Assembly: GCA_043228905.1 (NCBI GenBank)
Contig: JBHGNT010000003.1
Span: 1,488,001 to 1,552,000, forward strand
DNA: 64,000 bases
Reading direction: 5' to 3'
DNA from: Azolla caroliniana
Taxonomy: Eukaryota > Plantae > Polypodiophyta
The notes beneath the pieces were generated by a model, which did not search any database, was not told where the DNA came from, and saw only the letters and a program-made list of their open reading frames with translations. The position numbers and the translations under genes are program-made. Below, piece after piece: positions 35,801 through 49,595 of this stretch. The stretch's first letter is position 1. Each line of letters opens with the position of its first letter.

Positions 35801-38800
35801 AGCATATATGAATCCTTTCATGACATTTGTTGATCAGGGCCATCGTTTCAAGTGCTGCATTTGTGGTATGGTTCTTGACTTTGGATGTATGGATTGTTGG
35901 TAGGCAAATGTATGAGATGTTTTACATACTGGTTGGGCGTTGCTGTTGTTAAGGCCATGCTTTGTGACTGTATTCAGTGATCACTTTGTCTCTCAGATAA
36001 AACTTATGCTAGTTAGTCCTGTTTTTTTCAAAGTTGAGTCCCATAACGTTCGGAGATATATAAATAGTTTCACACTACTTGGATATTTTTTCCAACTCTT
36101 AATGAATGCAGGAACCTTAGATAGTCTTCCTTTCTCATAATGTTCCAATTTTTCCCGAAACAAGATTGTGTAAAGGCACATACATCACCCTGCACATAAG
36201 AAATAATATCTTAATCATTTGTTAGCTGTCTGCGCTTTATGAAATGTATAATTATGTAAATGCAGATCAGACAAATGATACACCTCGAGAATATCATTGC
36301 AACTTGGGACCGGATAACAGACGGCGTGATGCAGAGAGCAGGCCAGAACTCTCTAGGGGAACAGTTGAGTTTGTGGCGACAAAGGAATTTTTGGTGCGTA
36401 GTTAAACGTATAGATTCCAATGGGCTTTTGTCATTTATATTTAGCTATTGTTGAGTACTATCTGGGGAGCTCATACATTTTGGGTAACACTGACTATAAT
36501 GGAATCATTTGGTAAGTACTCTATATACTATATTATCTCTAATTTGCAATATTACATTATTCTAGTATTAAGAAGGTATATTAGTATCGCAATCCATATG
36601 CATTGTGACTTGAGCTGAAGGTTTGAATAGTACTATTTCCAATTTCAACTGGCTAGGTGGACCTTATGTCAGTGCAAAGTAAGATTTTTACTCTGCTTTA
36701 TTAAACCTAAATGACTTTTCAGATGTTTCCTCCTATGTGCGTATATTTAAATGGCATGTTATTCTACACATCGGTGAGAAACTTCTCATGGGGTGAATCA
36801 CCATTAGCAAAGACAATGAAAGAAATTAAATGAATAGAATCTCTAATTCAAATGACAGGGAATTTATCAATGGTCTGATCAGATGTGATGTATCCTATAG
36901 GGCCTTTTAGTGGTTCTTGAATCCCAGGCATTCCTGAACATAATCAGGAGAATAAATTCTGCTTTGAGTGTTCTGGTAAAACATTTAGTAGAGAACAAGT
37001 TATAAGCATTTATGTTGGGGCTTGGAACAGCATTCCAAGTGAAATACTGAAGATAGGAACCTTCATTGTCTTGGGCTTGTGTATTCTTCGGAAATCCTAA
37101 AGCAAACTTTGGTATTTCTATGCTCAAAATTTTTACAGGTTCGGCCACCAATGTTCCCATTATTCTTTTTCCTCATAGATGTATCCATGAATGCAGTAGC
37201 AATTGGAGCTACAAGAGCTGCTTGTAGTGCAGTGCAGAGGGTGCTTGCAGACCTTCCAGTATTGAACTTTACCTTCACTCTCTCATTTGGTGTTTGTAGT
37301 CTCATTATGTGGTTGATAGCATTTGAAACTCATGCTTGGCTGTTTCTACAGAATGTTCCAAATGTGAAAGTCGGCATTGCTACATTTGACAATACACTGC
37401 ATTTTTACAACTTTACTCAAGCTCAAGAGGTGATTGAATACATTCTCTGAATGAGTGCTTTCAGATTTAATCTTTTGCATTAATAGTTTATGAAGGCTTT
37501 GCATGTATCTTTAACATCAGTTTTGAATTGTGTTGTACCAATTAAAGTCTAGTTCTTGGAGAATTGAGAAATTGCGTAGGTGAGATGAGATATTTCTAAA
37601 AGAGCAGGAAACAAACAAAGGTCGTACTGTATAATGTTTTTATTAGTCTAGATGTGTGTTTTCTATGCTATCCTTTTATTTGATGTCCTCCATGCTTTTC
37701 AGAATTGTAATCTCTGTAGTCAGAAATGGGGGGAATCATTCTGTCAAATTTCTTTCACATGATATCGTATATTTTGCTTCAGGTACCATTGGTAGTACCT
37801 ACAATTGGCATGAACTTACAAAGTATAGGATCTTAATAATAAATGTATTTTAGGACTACTAATATAATAGCCTTGACTCAAGAGACAAGCTTGGTGAGCA
37901 TGACTAAGAAGACAGTAGAATGTTTCGTATTTTGGAGTTTGAACTCAATATGTTTGCTTATGTTGCCCATAGCCATCAATGCTGGTAGTGCCGGATGTGC
38001 AAGATGTTTACACTCCTCTTCAATCAGGGTTAACCGTGCCAGTTGTAGAGGTGTGTATGGTTCAACTCAAGAGTATAATGTGTATGAAAAATGAGGCATG
38101 CTGTTGCCCTAATCGCTCTTAGTTATTTGCACAGCAGTATCGTGAACAGCTGGAGCAACTACTTGAAAACATTCCGGGCATATTCCAAGGGACTCCAATT
38201 GCAGACTCAGCCCTAGGTGCTGCGATCAAAGTAAACATCTTCTAGTTTGGAAAAATGCACGTGCTTACGATTATTTAAGAAAGTCAAAAAGTTTTTTACA
38301 ATTCTGCCATATTTTTATTTATCATGTGTGAGAAAAGGTTGGTGAGTCATTAAGTTCTCTCATGCAGGGAGCATCTCTTGCCATCAAGTCCAATGGGGGA
38401 AAGTTGCTCGTATTTCAATCAGGTTTGTAATCTCTTGACGCCCATGAAATTTTGAAGCAATGTGACCTTTTCTACTTCTTCACGTCATAATTTTTAAAAT
38501 ATCTTAAAGTACCTTGATATTTTAGACCTTAGATTTTGAATCCTCTGTTTCAGTGTTGCCTTCTATTGGATTTGCTGCTCTTACTGCAAGGGAATCTGAT
38601 AGCAGGAAAGGCCCTTCACCCAATGAAAAGGTATGGATAATTTGTGGGAGTTAATTCACAAGGTTTTCTATTTTTAGATATTTGTTGTATAATTCTGTTG
38701 CTAAGAGGATCAATGTCATCATTCCCCCTTGGCAAGCAGGAACATAGAACACACAGGTTCTTCAACCTTTCTTTTTACGGGTTGTATCTACCCACAGCCC

Positions 38801-41800
38801 ATCCGTGAATACCAATTATCTCTTGCTTGAGAGAGGGATCAATACCCACATTAAGCATCATTTCTTTGCGGTAAATGTTGACTGATATCTTTCCAATTTG
38901 TATGGAAGTTAGCTGTTAGAAGGTTTGGACTCGTTCAAGGTTTTGATATTGTTCCTCAAACCACTTAAAATTTACCAATTTCTTGGCTTCACCATTGTAT
39001 ATCTTACCATATTAATTCCTTGGCGTTGAATTAAATTTTTTTTTGGAAGTTAAATACATAGAAATATGTAAAAGCAGTTCTAAAATGTAGAATACATGCA
39101 GAATACTTCAGAGTATTCTAAAACGTATTTGAAACATAGAATATGCGTTTCTATACAACTGTGCTTCTCTCTTTTGGAATATCTCTTGGCGTTAACATCC
39201 TGCTGATATTGACATGCTATGTTTAGCAACTATACCTAATCTACTAATATATTCGAAAGGAAGACGATTAATGAACTAATGCAAAAAACCAGCCTGTATA
39301 TCTGAGTTAGAATCTTCAGAGAAACCTTGCTGTTTAGAAAGACATTGCATAGCTTTAACATCTGACCAAGAATGACATGCAAAGTACAGAAATTATACCA
39401 CATAAAATTGACATTCTTTACATAGAATGAAAATCACTTGTACCTCTCTACAATTTAAATATAAGAAAGACCATTTTTTATCTGGATTTATTAACATAAA
39501 TGCTCTAATGGTGAAACATTTCTTCATTGCTATCAATTTCCATTGGCTTCTTTCTTCTATTATCATCCTCCTGGACTAAAACTTCTTATGATGATGGAGT
39601 TGAGCATGAGAATGTCATCTTTCACAACTCCTGAGAGTTTTCTCAGCATGGATCATAGTACATAAAATTCGTGTTCGTCTAGCATAACATTCGTTTTCCT
39701 ACGTTGGAAAACAAATGCGAATGTTATTCAAACATTCTTGTGCTTTTTTTTGTTTTCCCCCATTTTTTTAATGTTTTTTTCCATTTTTTAGGCTTATTTA
39801 CCTCATAATAAATAGTTAATCCAAAAGTATGGTATTTATCATTCTTTGAGGGTGTTTTTCTTACGCGAATGATTGAAACATTTGCGAATGCATGTATGGT
39901 TCATACTATGGCATGGATATTTGACAATGGATTTATGTGTGAATTCTCAGATTATTATTTTTACATTCAGCCGTGGGAATAACTAAAGGCCTGGATTCAT
40001 GATGCATTATATATTCTGTCTTGCATGCTTATTGATTTATACGTCTGATGTTTGCCAAGGTACTATATATATTAAAAATACTAACCAAATTGATTTTGAA
40101 GAAATACCAGTGGCAGTGTGATGTGCTTATGGTGGACCCAATTCCAATTAATGTCTACTATCTTCATATTCTTTCTTTTGTGCTTGTTTCTGTGTTTAAT
40201 ATTGAAAACTATTTATATATTTCCCTTAAGTTGCTTTAAGGTTTGTTTCAAAGGATGAAAAGTAGCCTCAAGGTGCCTGAAGATAGAAACCTTATTATAT
40301 TTGGAAGGATGCAATTGGAACCCGAAGGATTTCAGAGAATTCTACACTCTGATATCATATCAAAAACCCAGAAGTGCATAGAATGAATGTCATTACATGT
40401 GGTAACAGATCGTGGAAGATGGAGATAAAAAGTAATAGAATGAATAGCCGATCACCTTCAAAAGACTGAGCAAAAGAGAACACAGCTGTATAGAAAAGAA
40501 CTTTGTGTATGCCTCACCTTAGCAATCTCAATATGAGTGGATGAGAAAAGTGAAACTCCTAGCACAATCAATCTACTTCCAAATAATCGAATATTGATTG
40601 GATTATACTCCTAGGCAACCCACTACCAAGGTCCAACACAAACAATGAGAATAAGGGGATTTAAGTGTTTTGAGAAGCAAATGTCTGCTCTACATCCTGA
40701 GCTGGTTTCATTTGGCATCCTGCCTAGAAGGCTTCTCAAGCTAATAATTTATTAAGTTTAGATTTGAGGTGATAACCTCGCTGTATGTATCCATGTTTTA
40801 TCCTTATACATTTTGCTAATTCTGATAACAATTATAAGAATTGATGTGTTAAAAATAATGAATGGTAGTATTTCTACATCGTAAACCATCTACTAATATT
40901 TACATATACTAGCAATTACATATATCATAAATAATATTAGCTACATTATGTCCAAATTATGCTGTTTGCCAGTACGGTGACAACAGGAGGGAGTACAAGT
41001 ACATAGTTAGGATATGTACTTTTGACTTTAGAATGAATTGCTTATTTCAGAAAAAATATGCTTTCATTCATGAATACTATCATGTTTCAGGAGCAAAGCA
41101 AGCTATTTCATCCAGCTGAAAAATTATTGAAGACATTGGCCATAGAACTTGCAGAGCTTCAGGTAGACCTTTTTTTTAATTTAGCTATATCTATTTTGGT
41201 TTGTTCTCAAAGATGAGACACCATTTTAAGAGGCAATCTCTCATTCAGTCTCATGGCCATTTTGGCCTCTTAAATATATCTTTTTCTCCATCATTGGAAT
41301 GAGATATCAATAATTAAAATTTAAATGTTAGGTATGTTGTGATTTGTTCCTAACAACACAAGAATATGTAGACGTTGCATCACTTGCTATTGTTCCTACA
41401 ACTACTGGTGGACAGGTACTTGTTTTGTGTAAGATTTAAAATATGAAATTAGACTGTGTTTTCTGCTTTGCCAATTGTTTGGATGACCTTGGATTGTGGG
41501 TTAAAATCAGGTTTACTATTACTACCCATTTTCTGCGATCTTAGATTCAGCAAAGTTGTACAATGATTTAAGATGGAACATTTCAAGACCGCAAGGTCTA
41601 GAGGCAGTGATGAGAGTTCGATGTAGTCAGGTAAAATATTGGAAATCTTAATCTGATCTCGAGGAAAATCTAGCCTTTATCCTTATGATTCTTATCTAAA
41701 CACAGGGCTTACAAGCTCAAGACTATTTTGGGAATTTCCACAAAGCAACGGCTACTGATTTGGATCTGCCCGCAGTATGCTATTGTCTAAACTTTGTTTT

Positions 41801-44337
41801 TGTATCTTCTTTTTGTCAGAATCAAAAGTACAATAGCTGAGTTTATGCAATGCATTATAATTCAGATCAGTTGTGACAAAACTGTAATGGTGAGTTTCAA
41901 GCATGATGAGAAGCTTCCAGATGGCTCTGAATGCTGCTTTCAGGTATTGATGATGACAGAATTATATTCTTCTTATGAGAAGTTCTGTCATTTGAACATC
42001 AAAAAGAGTTAATAGGATTTCGGGTCATGAACAGCTTGATACTAGTAATAGTGTTTACTTTTATCCAAGGCTATATCTCATTTATTTATACTTCTTTGCA
42101 GTGTGCTTTACTATATACAACTATTGATGGTCAAAGACGGATCCGTGTCACCACATTGTCTCTTCCATCCACGATGGTGTTAGGTAACGTCTTCCGTGGA
42201 GCTGATTTAGATGCACAATTCACGTATTTCATGAAGCAAGGTAACTAAAATTTTATTATTGGAGGATGAACTGATATGGTGCTTTTTTCAAGCTTGCATG
42301 AATGTCTTCTGATGGATTTGGCAGCATCACTTGAAACATTAACAACACCCCTTTCAGTTTTGAGGGAGAAAATGACACATTCATGTGTGAATATACTATA
42401 TAGTTATCGTAAGTTCTGTGCGACAGCTTCATCCTATGGACAACTCATACTCCCAGAAGCTCTAAAACTGTTGCCACTTTATACATTAGGTATAGTATGG
42501 TATCTTTGTAGTTCAGTCGAGTAATAGCTACTAAAATGGTATGAATGCTAACATGTCTTGTCATTTTTTTAGCATTAACAAAGAGTATTGGGTTCCGATC
42601 TGATACGAGGACAGATGATCGATGCTACTGGTTATCACGTATATCATCAATCTCATTGTCACTCGCTATTCCCACAGTGTATCCAAGAATGTTCTCAATA
42701 GATGAGCGCTCAATTAAGGTCGTTTCTCATATGTTTCTAATGTTGCTTACTATGGAGATGTTATATAAACTACACACACCATCGCTGTTTGTTCTTGTTG
42801 CAGGATGTTGGAGATGGAGTGCTCCCTGAGACTTTATACCTGTCGAGTGAAAACCTGAGCAGTGAGGGCATCTTTCTGCTTGAAACAGGTGAAGATGCAT
42901 TTATTTATGCAGGAAAAGCGGTTTCCCCTGAGGCACTTTACCAACTGTTTGGCGTACACACAGTCAATGAAATACACACAAATCAGGTAGAGAGATTGGA
43001 AGCACTATTTATTCGGTTGCATAGCATCTTCAGAGTTTAAACTTCTATGATATGATTAATGCAGTATATGCGTGTATATGTAAGTACTAGAAGTAAATAG
43101 AAGGTTCTTGAAATGTTGACTCATAATAGCATAACGGCAGTGGAGTGAAATGTCATTTTTGAGGGCAATTGTAAACAATATTTAAAGTAGTCTTGGGGAT
43201 CCATAATCACAGCAGTGATGGTAAGCATATTCCTCCTGGAGCAGGAAGGGGTAAGCATATTAATACCTTAATTTGATCACCTTCGAGAAACAATACTCTT
43301 TCAATGATAACTTTTCCAGTAAAACTTCCCATTGGAGCATTAGGATTAGAAGTAAGCATTCTTCCTAATTAGATTAAAACGATGGAGAGATGGAGATGGA
43401 GCTAGAGATAGAGATAATGATGCTGTGCTTAATAAGGTACAATAAAGGACCAAAGTGTATGAAGATATATACAAATTTATGTGGGTAGACCATTTATCTG
43501 ATAACTAGTTAGACAATGAAGTATCATTTGGATTGATGTTAGACACATTCCTTCCATTGAGGTTAACTGAATGAACGCTGTTAAAGGGTGGAAAAGCAAA
43601 CTTGGAAAGATTTAGATCAGCCAAAGACAGTAGATTAATAGATAAATTTTTACTAATGTTGTGTGCACTTTTCATATAGTTTATGTCTCTCATGTACCAA
43701 ATTGCCAACAGTTGCACACATATTTTGTAACTAGAAATTTGTGGATTCTATAGAGCAACTGAGTGACTTCATACACCTTTTGAATGCAGTTTATCTTGAA
43801 AGAATTTGATAATGACGCCTCGAAAAAGCTGAATGCATTGGTTAATATGATACGAAAGGAGCGCTGCTCTTACTTAAGGTGAGCCCTCCATAAAAGAAAG
43901 GAAGTTACAGAAACTGAATAAAAAGGAAAACGAACATCTATTTGTAACATCTTAGAAAAGCTTAACATTTTTTTGGTTCAGGTTCCGATGGTGTCGAAGT
44001 GGAGATCCTGTAGGTAAAACCCTCAGCTCATTTCCTTGTTCTGTTTAATATAGTTAAAAACTATTTTTCAGGTACAAACACTTATTCTTTGTGAATAAAT
44101 AAATAAATAAGGGAAGGAGAGACAAAATGATAACTGAGAAAGAAAGATTTGTATATGATTAACAAAAAGAAGGGAGAAAGATTGCATTGAGAAAACTGAA
44201 ACTTGGATTGCAAAATTTCTTGTATTGCAGAATTATTGTTCTTTTCGCACCTTGTGGAGGATAAGACCTCTTTGGGCTTATCTTATGTGGAATACCTTGT
44301 TCATGTCCATCGGCAAATACAATTAAAGTCAACATAA
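32860..44337 (+). CDS. SEC24: COPII cargo adaptor SEC24 (SEC24B/C, CEF-like), about 25 exons; first 32860-33808, last 44231-44337
   Basis: Pro/Ser-rich N terminus, IDPTQIPRP, GNCSPRYMRCT, zinc finger GPVRCASCKAYMNPF..CCIC, RPELSRGTVEFVA, FLIDVS, GIATFD, EAVMRVRCSQG, CALLYTT..GQRRIRV, LILPEALKLLPLY, VEDK..LSYVEYLVHVHRQIQ. Confidence 0.93.
39654..39910. mobile_element. hAT-type MITE in a SEC24 intron
   Basis: CATAGTA...TACTATG termini with a perfect 8-bp TSD GCATGGAT (39646-39653 and 39911-39918). Confidence 0.9.
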
Positions 44338-46299
44338 ACACAGTGGGAGGTGGCTTTTACAATATTGAGCTTCAATGGGGATCAAATGTAGGATGTTGTA
44401 GATAATGATTCCCTCCCCGAAGCATGATAGCAGGTGATAAAAATTCAATATATATCTGAATTCTGCCACTCTTTTCTCGTCTACTTCCAGAGTTTTTGGG
44501 TATTTAGGCACACTTCTTGTACCTAGTTTTAGAAGCTTTGTCATATACACATCTTATTTTTGGAGAAGTCTTTGGTCTTATTTGTAGATATTTGGTACAA
44601 TAAAATGAGAATCACACCATAGAAGTCAGATACTCGATAAATGTTTATTTTGAAATTTGTCCGCGGTATATGAATATGTTCACATCTGCACCAAAATACA
44701 TTAAATAAGGCAATTGTGGTATATAGAGAAATGAATGAATGGAACAGGATTGACAAATAACCTTGTCTTTATGTTGTTTGTTTCAGCATGATCTTTGTAA
44801 TTCTAATTCCATGCAATTTTTCTGTTTATTAGGGTATTTCTCCCATCTTCTCATAGTAGTTGGACATTATCCTTCCAGCAATTATTGGTGTAAATTGAAA
44901 AGGTCTAAGGTGAATAGAGCTTAGAACATTGAAATCAAGGGCATTGAACAAAATGTTGGGAGCTTCCATGAAATATTACTTAATGAGAACATATTGATGT
45001 GGTGATCAACATTGTGTATTCCATAACGAGCTTGTATGTTTGGTTCGCCCCATGGGTTTTGGATCTGCGTAATTGTCTATAATTTTAGTTTGTGATAAAG
45101 CATCTTATGAATTTGCCATTAGAATGATGATGATACGACATCAATGTTGTCACATTTTCTAGGATACAAATAGTGAAAATGATAGATTTCCTTTGAAAAG
45201 AATTGTTAGCATAGCTAAGAATTATTATCATGACTGTCACGTTGCATTTGGTTCATTGTCCAATTCTACACGTGTTTGGTTTAGGTCCATTGGCTCTTAT
45301 CAAGTAGGGAGGGGAGGCACTAAACCCTTGAGGGATCTTGTAATTATTTTGTTCAAATACATACATAATCATAGGTGGTTATGAGTAGGGGCTTCACTTT
45401 TGATTTTATAATTTAGGTATAATTTTTTTCTTTGTAGTTGGGAAGTGATGGAGTAATGGTTTATTGTATGTTTTTCATGTATTTGTCTTTTGTTTTCTTA
45501 GGGTTCAAAGCAGATATTATAATTTATAATCTTGAGTTCTTTGAGTTAAGAACCATTATTAGAACATTGGTTTATTGTAGTTTTGAACAAAGTTTGGTCA
45601 ACTAAATTCTAGAAGTTTGAACACTATGAATTACAAATTAGCTATAGGAATTCAACTATAGGAGTTAGAATGTATTCAATTCTAAGGGGTTAGAACACAA
45701 CTTTTTGTATTTTAGTGTCTAGAACAAAGTGCTTTCCTTGTTTGTTAGCTTAAATATGTTTGGTCGATCTCAAATTGATATAAGAATGCTCTACTTTCTT
45801 GCTATTGATGTGTCCACATGAACTTTTGTATTTGGTTATGAGGGATCAAACAAATTTAAAACAAAATCTATCTTTTCAAAATTTTAATGACGAATGATTT
45901 GGTGCCACATCATGTATATCTATAATTGAATGAGTGTTTTTGAATTCTATAAGGGTTTAGAAACATCATCCGAAACCCACTTTTGTTACAATCAATAACA
46001 CCACCAACATGATTTTTGAACATTTGGATTCTTAGATCCCTTTGGCGATTTGAAATTGTCTACAAAGATAGAAAAGAAACAAATTGAGGAGTTTCAAGCA
46101 CTAGAAATGGAACTAAAAGGTAAAAAAAAGGGGACTTCGAGAATCATATAACAAAAGAATGAAAGGAAATATGCATGGGAGGTAACGAGGCACAAAGAGT
46201 GTCAAATTTCTTTGAGACATAAATGGGGGAAGAAAAGATGCAACCTAACATAGGACAACCCAAGGAGATTGTCCAAATTCTGAACTTTTCTTGTGACCA

Positions 46300-46650
46300 A
46301 TGAATTTGTGCCACATCAACATGGAGGACCTTTGTTTGAACCAGGGGCGATGCCTCCTAGAAGTTCAGAACACTGAAATCACCTTGGAAAGACATAACCA
46401 TGGACGGGAAAAACAACTTAAAAGCATTCAAACATTGGAAATGGATATAATGCTTTTTGCAAAGAAACTCGTGGGCGAAAAATCGTATACAGAGAAAACA
46501 TGCATAATAACAAAACGAAGGGGCCCTTGGAGACTACATGTGGGTGATAAATTATAATGATAAGGGGAATAGACCAAAAAAGACATTCACATTGGTATGA
46601 GAAAGATATATTAATGTCTACTAGAGGCCAAATCTGGCCTCTGAAACAAA
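46300..46650 (+). mobile_element. Highly decayed Gypsy reverse transcriptase N-terminal relic
   Basis: IITKRRGPWRLHVG resembles LLVKKKDGSWRLCVD; MPPRSSEH upstream in another frame. Weak similarity. Confidence 0.4.
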
Positions 46651-46835
46651 ACCATAGATCATACATATGGGGTTTCCTTAATCGAAAGAGACAGGCAAAT
46701 TGATTTGGTTATCATCCTGTGAAGGTTTGATAGAAAGTGTGTGCTTACTACATAAATTGGTGAGTGTCTGCTTCACGCGTGCTTGCAGAGCATCTCTGGT
46801 GAGATGTTGAAATTGTTAGAGAACTGGCAAGGAAG

Positions 46836-47506
46836 TAACAATCCGCAACGTTTCGGTTTGAGCGTGTCAAAACCGAACCGTTTAAAAACTTAGAAACTTG
46901 AACCAAATTGAACCACAAAACCATTTAACCACTAGAAAAAAATCCAAACTGTAAAACTATTAAACAGTTAAAACCATAGTTTCATGATTTGGTTCCGATT
47001 TTCAACTTAGGTCAAAATTCAAATTTGAAAATTTAAAATTTTTTCATTATTTCAAATTTTATTTTTTCCAAAATTTAAAGATTTTTCCTAAAACGTGAGA
47101 ACTAGGCTTAAAAATGAAAAGGTTGTTTAAAAAACATATTAAAAGAAATATTTAGAAATATTTAAAAACCATCAAACCGTTTTTACCACAACGGTTTCAA
47201 ACCATTAAAACTGAATTGAACCAAACTGTTTAAACCACCACGGTTTCAAACCATTAAAACTAAACCAAGCCAAACCATTCAAACCACGGTTTCAAAACAA
47301 TAAAACTGAATTGAACCAAACCGTTTAAACCATAGTTTCAAACCATTAAAACTAAACTGAACCAAACCGTTCAAACCATTAAAACCGAATTGAACCAAAC
47401 GGTTAAAAAAAAAAAACTTGTAGCTGAACCGAACCGAACCGTTTACACCGATAGACCACGATATGGTGGTTCGGTTCGGTTCAAACCGAACCGTTGCCGA
47501 TTGTTA
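46836..47506. mobile_element. Non-autonomous hAT-like element upstream of the bHLH gene
   Basis: 26-bp TIR TAACAATC(C/G)GCAACG(T/G)TTCGGTTTGA with 2 mismatches; flanks CAAGGAAG / GAAGGAAG (7 of 8); AACCG motifs and internal tandem repeats at 47170-47400. Confidence 0.87.
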
Positions 47507-48964
47507 GAAGGAAGGGTAATTGCTGGGGATTTTGTAAAGTGAAGAGAGATGGAGGAGGAGGGGTATTCTGTGTAATTAATCATAAGTACAGCCAAACCCA
47601 GCAAAACAAAGAGCTTATTGAAGAAGAAGAGTTCTTCCTCTGGCTATGGAGGAGGGGACCTCTCTCTGTTTTCATCAGCATCCATCAGCAGTAGCATCAT
47701 CAATGAAATCAATGTTCTACCATCGACCCACTTGCAGGAAAAGCAGGAAAAAGCAGAAAAAAGCAGAGAAAGCACCTCCCACCCCCTCCTTCCCCCCATC
47801 TTAATCCGGAACCTAGAGAGAAAGTCACAGAGGAAAAAAAGCATGGAAAAAGCACTGACCCAGGTACACTCTTTTGTCTGACCTAAGGTACCCACAACAA
47901 ATATCTGGATTAGTTTAGCACATGTTTCTGCCAATTTTTTCTGTTGCTGCTTCTTTTTTCTTTCTCTTAATTTTTCTTTCCTTTTTCATTTTTTCTTTTC
48001 CCCTCTGCAATATTTGATAGGTCATGCTTATCTTGAAGCTTGGTTTCTTATTCTTCTTCTCCGTTTATTATTAGGGCCCACTTACTCATCTCAACTAAGC
48101 TATTAAATGCAAGACATTTTATCTTCAAGTACTTAAGCTTCATATCTATCTTCAACTAAATAAGTTTATTTTTTTCATCTCTCTCTCTCACTCTCACTCT
48201 AGTCAACCAATAAGAGAAAAAAATCATCTCTCTTTTTACCTGATAGTGCCTTTGTAACTTTCTATGTTGGTTACAACAATCTGATGCTTTGTCTCTTTGT
48301 TTATGGAATTGTGTCATGTACAGAGCACCTCAATTGAGGAAAAAGATGTACTCTTGAATCTTTCTCTTCAAGTAGTAAGCTCTTTTTGAAATTTATCTTT
48401 ATATCTCTTTACAAGCTCTTCTGATTTATTTTTTAAATCCACTTTTATGTTCTTTTATGTGTTCTTTTATATCTCTTTGGGAATTTATGTGTTTGATTAT
48501 CATCCGATTTGCCCTTTTATTTTATGGAATCAGATCACTTAGGGCCTGCATTTCTGATTTCGAGAAAAAACAATACTTATTACTAAGTCTCTCTTCTTCA
48601 ACTTGTAAGCCCTTTATATTGTATGTGTGTGCGCGCATGTATCTTTGCAACTTTATGTGTTTGATTATATGATTGTTGGTTTGTATATTGAATTGGTTCA
48701 TTTAAAGTTGCAATTTTGATTAATAAAGCTTCGACATATACTTATTATATCTCAGGCTTTCTCTACATAGTCATGTAAAAGTGTTCATACCACTATCATT
48801 ATTACCTCTGATAAAGACTTACCAGATCCTATATATGTGTAGGAGGAATCTCAAGAATCAAGGTTTTCATCAAACGAATTTGTCTTAGGTTTCCTCTCAT
48901 TTTTCGTTCGCATCCTTGTAAGTATGCAAATCTTTAATCCCTCAATTATAATGCTTTTCTGTTC

Positions 48965-49595
48965 ACTATTCCAGGGTTTCAAGATTTTTGTGGTTTGAAT
49001 TATTTTAAGGTTCTGAATCATTCTAGAGTTTTGGAGCATTCTTTGGGATGCATGGTCTTGTCATCTACCTTAATTGTAATGGTTAATGCTGTTTTTCATC
49101 TCAGTGTTTTAGCATATTAAGCATTCTACTACCATACCAGACCTCCTTTGCAATCGTGAACGTGATAATTTCAGTATTCCTAGGTTTGAAGCATTGTAGG
49201 GTTTTGATGCTCTCAGATGAGACTGCTTTGCTATCAGGAATATATTCATCTCAGTATTCTAGGGTATGAAGCATTCTAAGATTTTGGAAGTCTCCCATGA
49301 GACCTCCTTTGCTAACATGGACATAATTATTTCAGAATCCTAGGATTTGTGGCATTCTAGCGTTCTGAAGTTGTCATAACGGACCTAGAATGAACATTAT
49401 ATTTCGGTGTTCTATGGATTTAGAGCTTTCATGTTAGACCTTTTTTGCTAATATTACATGATTATTTCAGTATTCCAGGGTTTTGAATGTTGCCATACCA
49501 GACTTACCATGAACATAATCATTTTGTTATTCTAGGGGCACAGAAACTCTCACCTGATACCAGTCTTCCATTGCTAACATGAACATGAATATGAA
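48965..49595 (+). repeat. Degenerate tandem array of 60-80 bp units (TTCAGTATTCTAGGG..AAGCATTCTAG..AGACCT..TTGCTAACATG)
   Basis: Motifs recur near 48965, 49100, 49171, 49250, 49331, 49402, 49466 and 49528. Confidence 0.72.

Noticed and set aside
6800-44337. Biosynthetic gene cluster around the P450s
   Set aside because: Neighbours are ATG6, SEC24, a bHLH and a CPK; no cyclase, transferase or other pathway enzyme in the window.
47618-47881. 87-aa ORF upstream of the bHLH as a separate gene
   Set aside because: TTG start and low complexity; it reads through a good splice donor and fits better as a leader exon.
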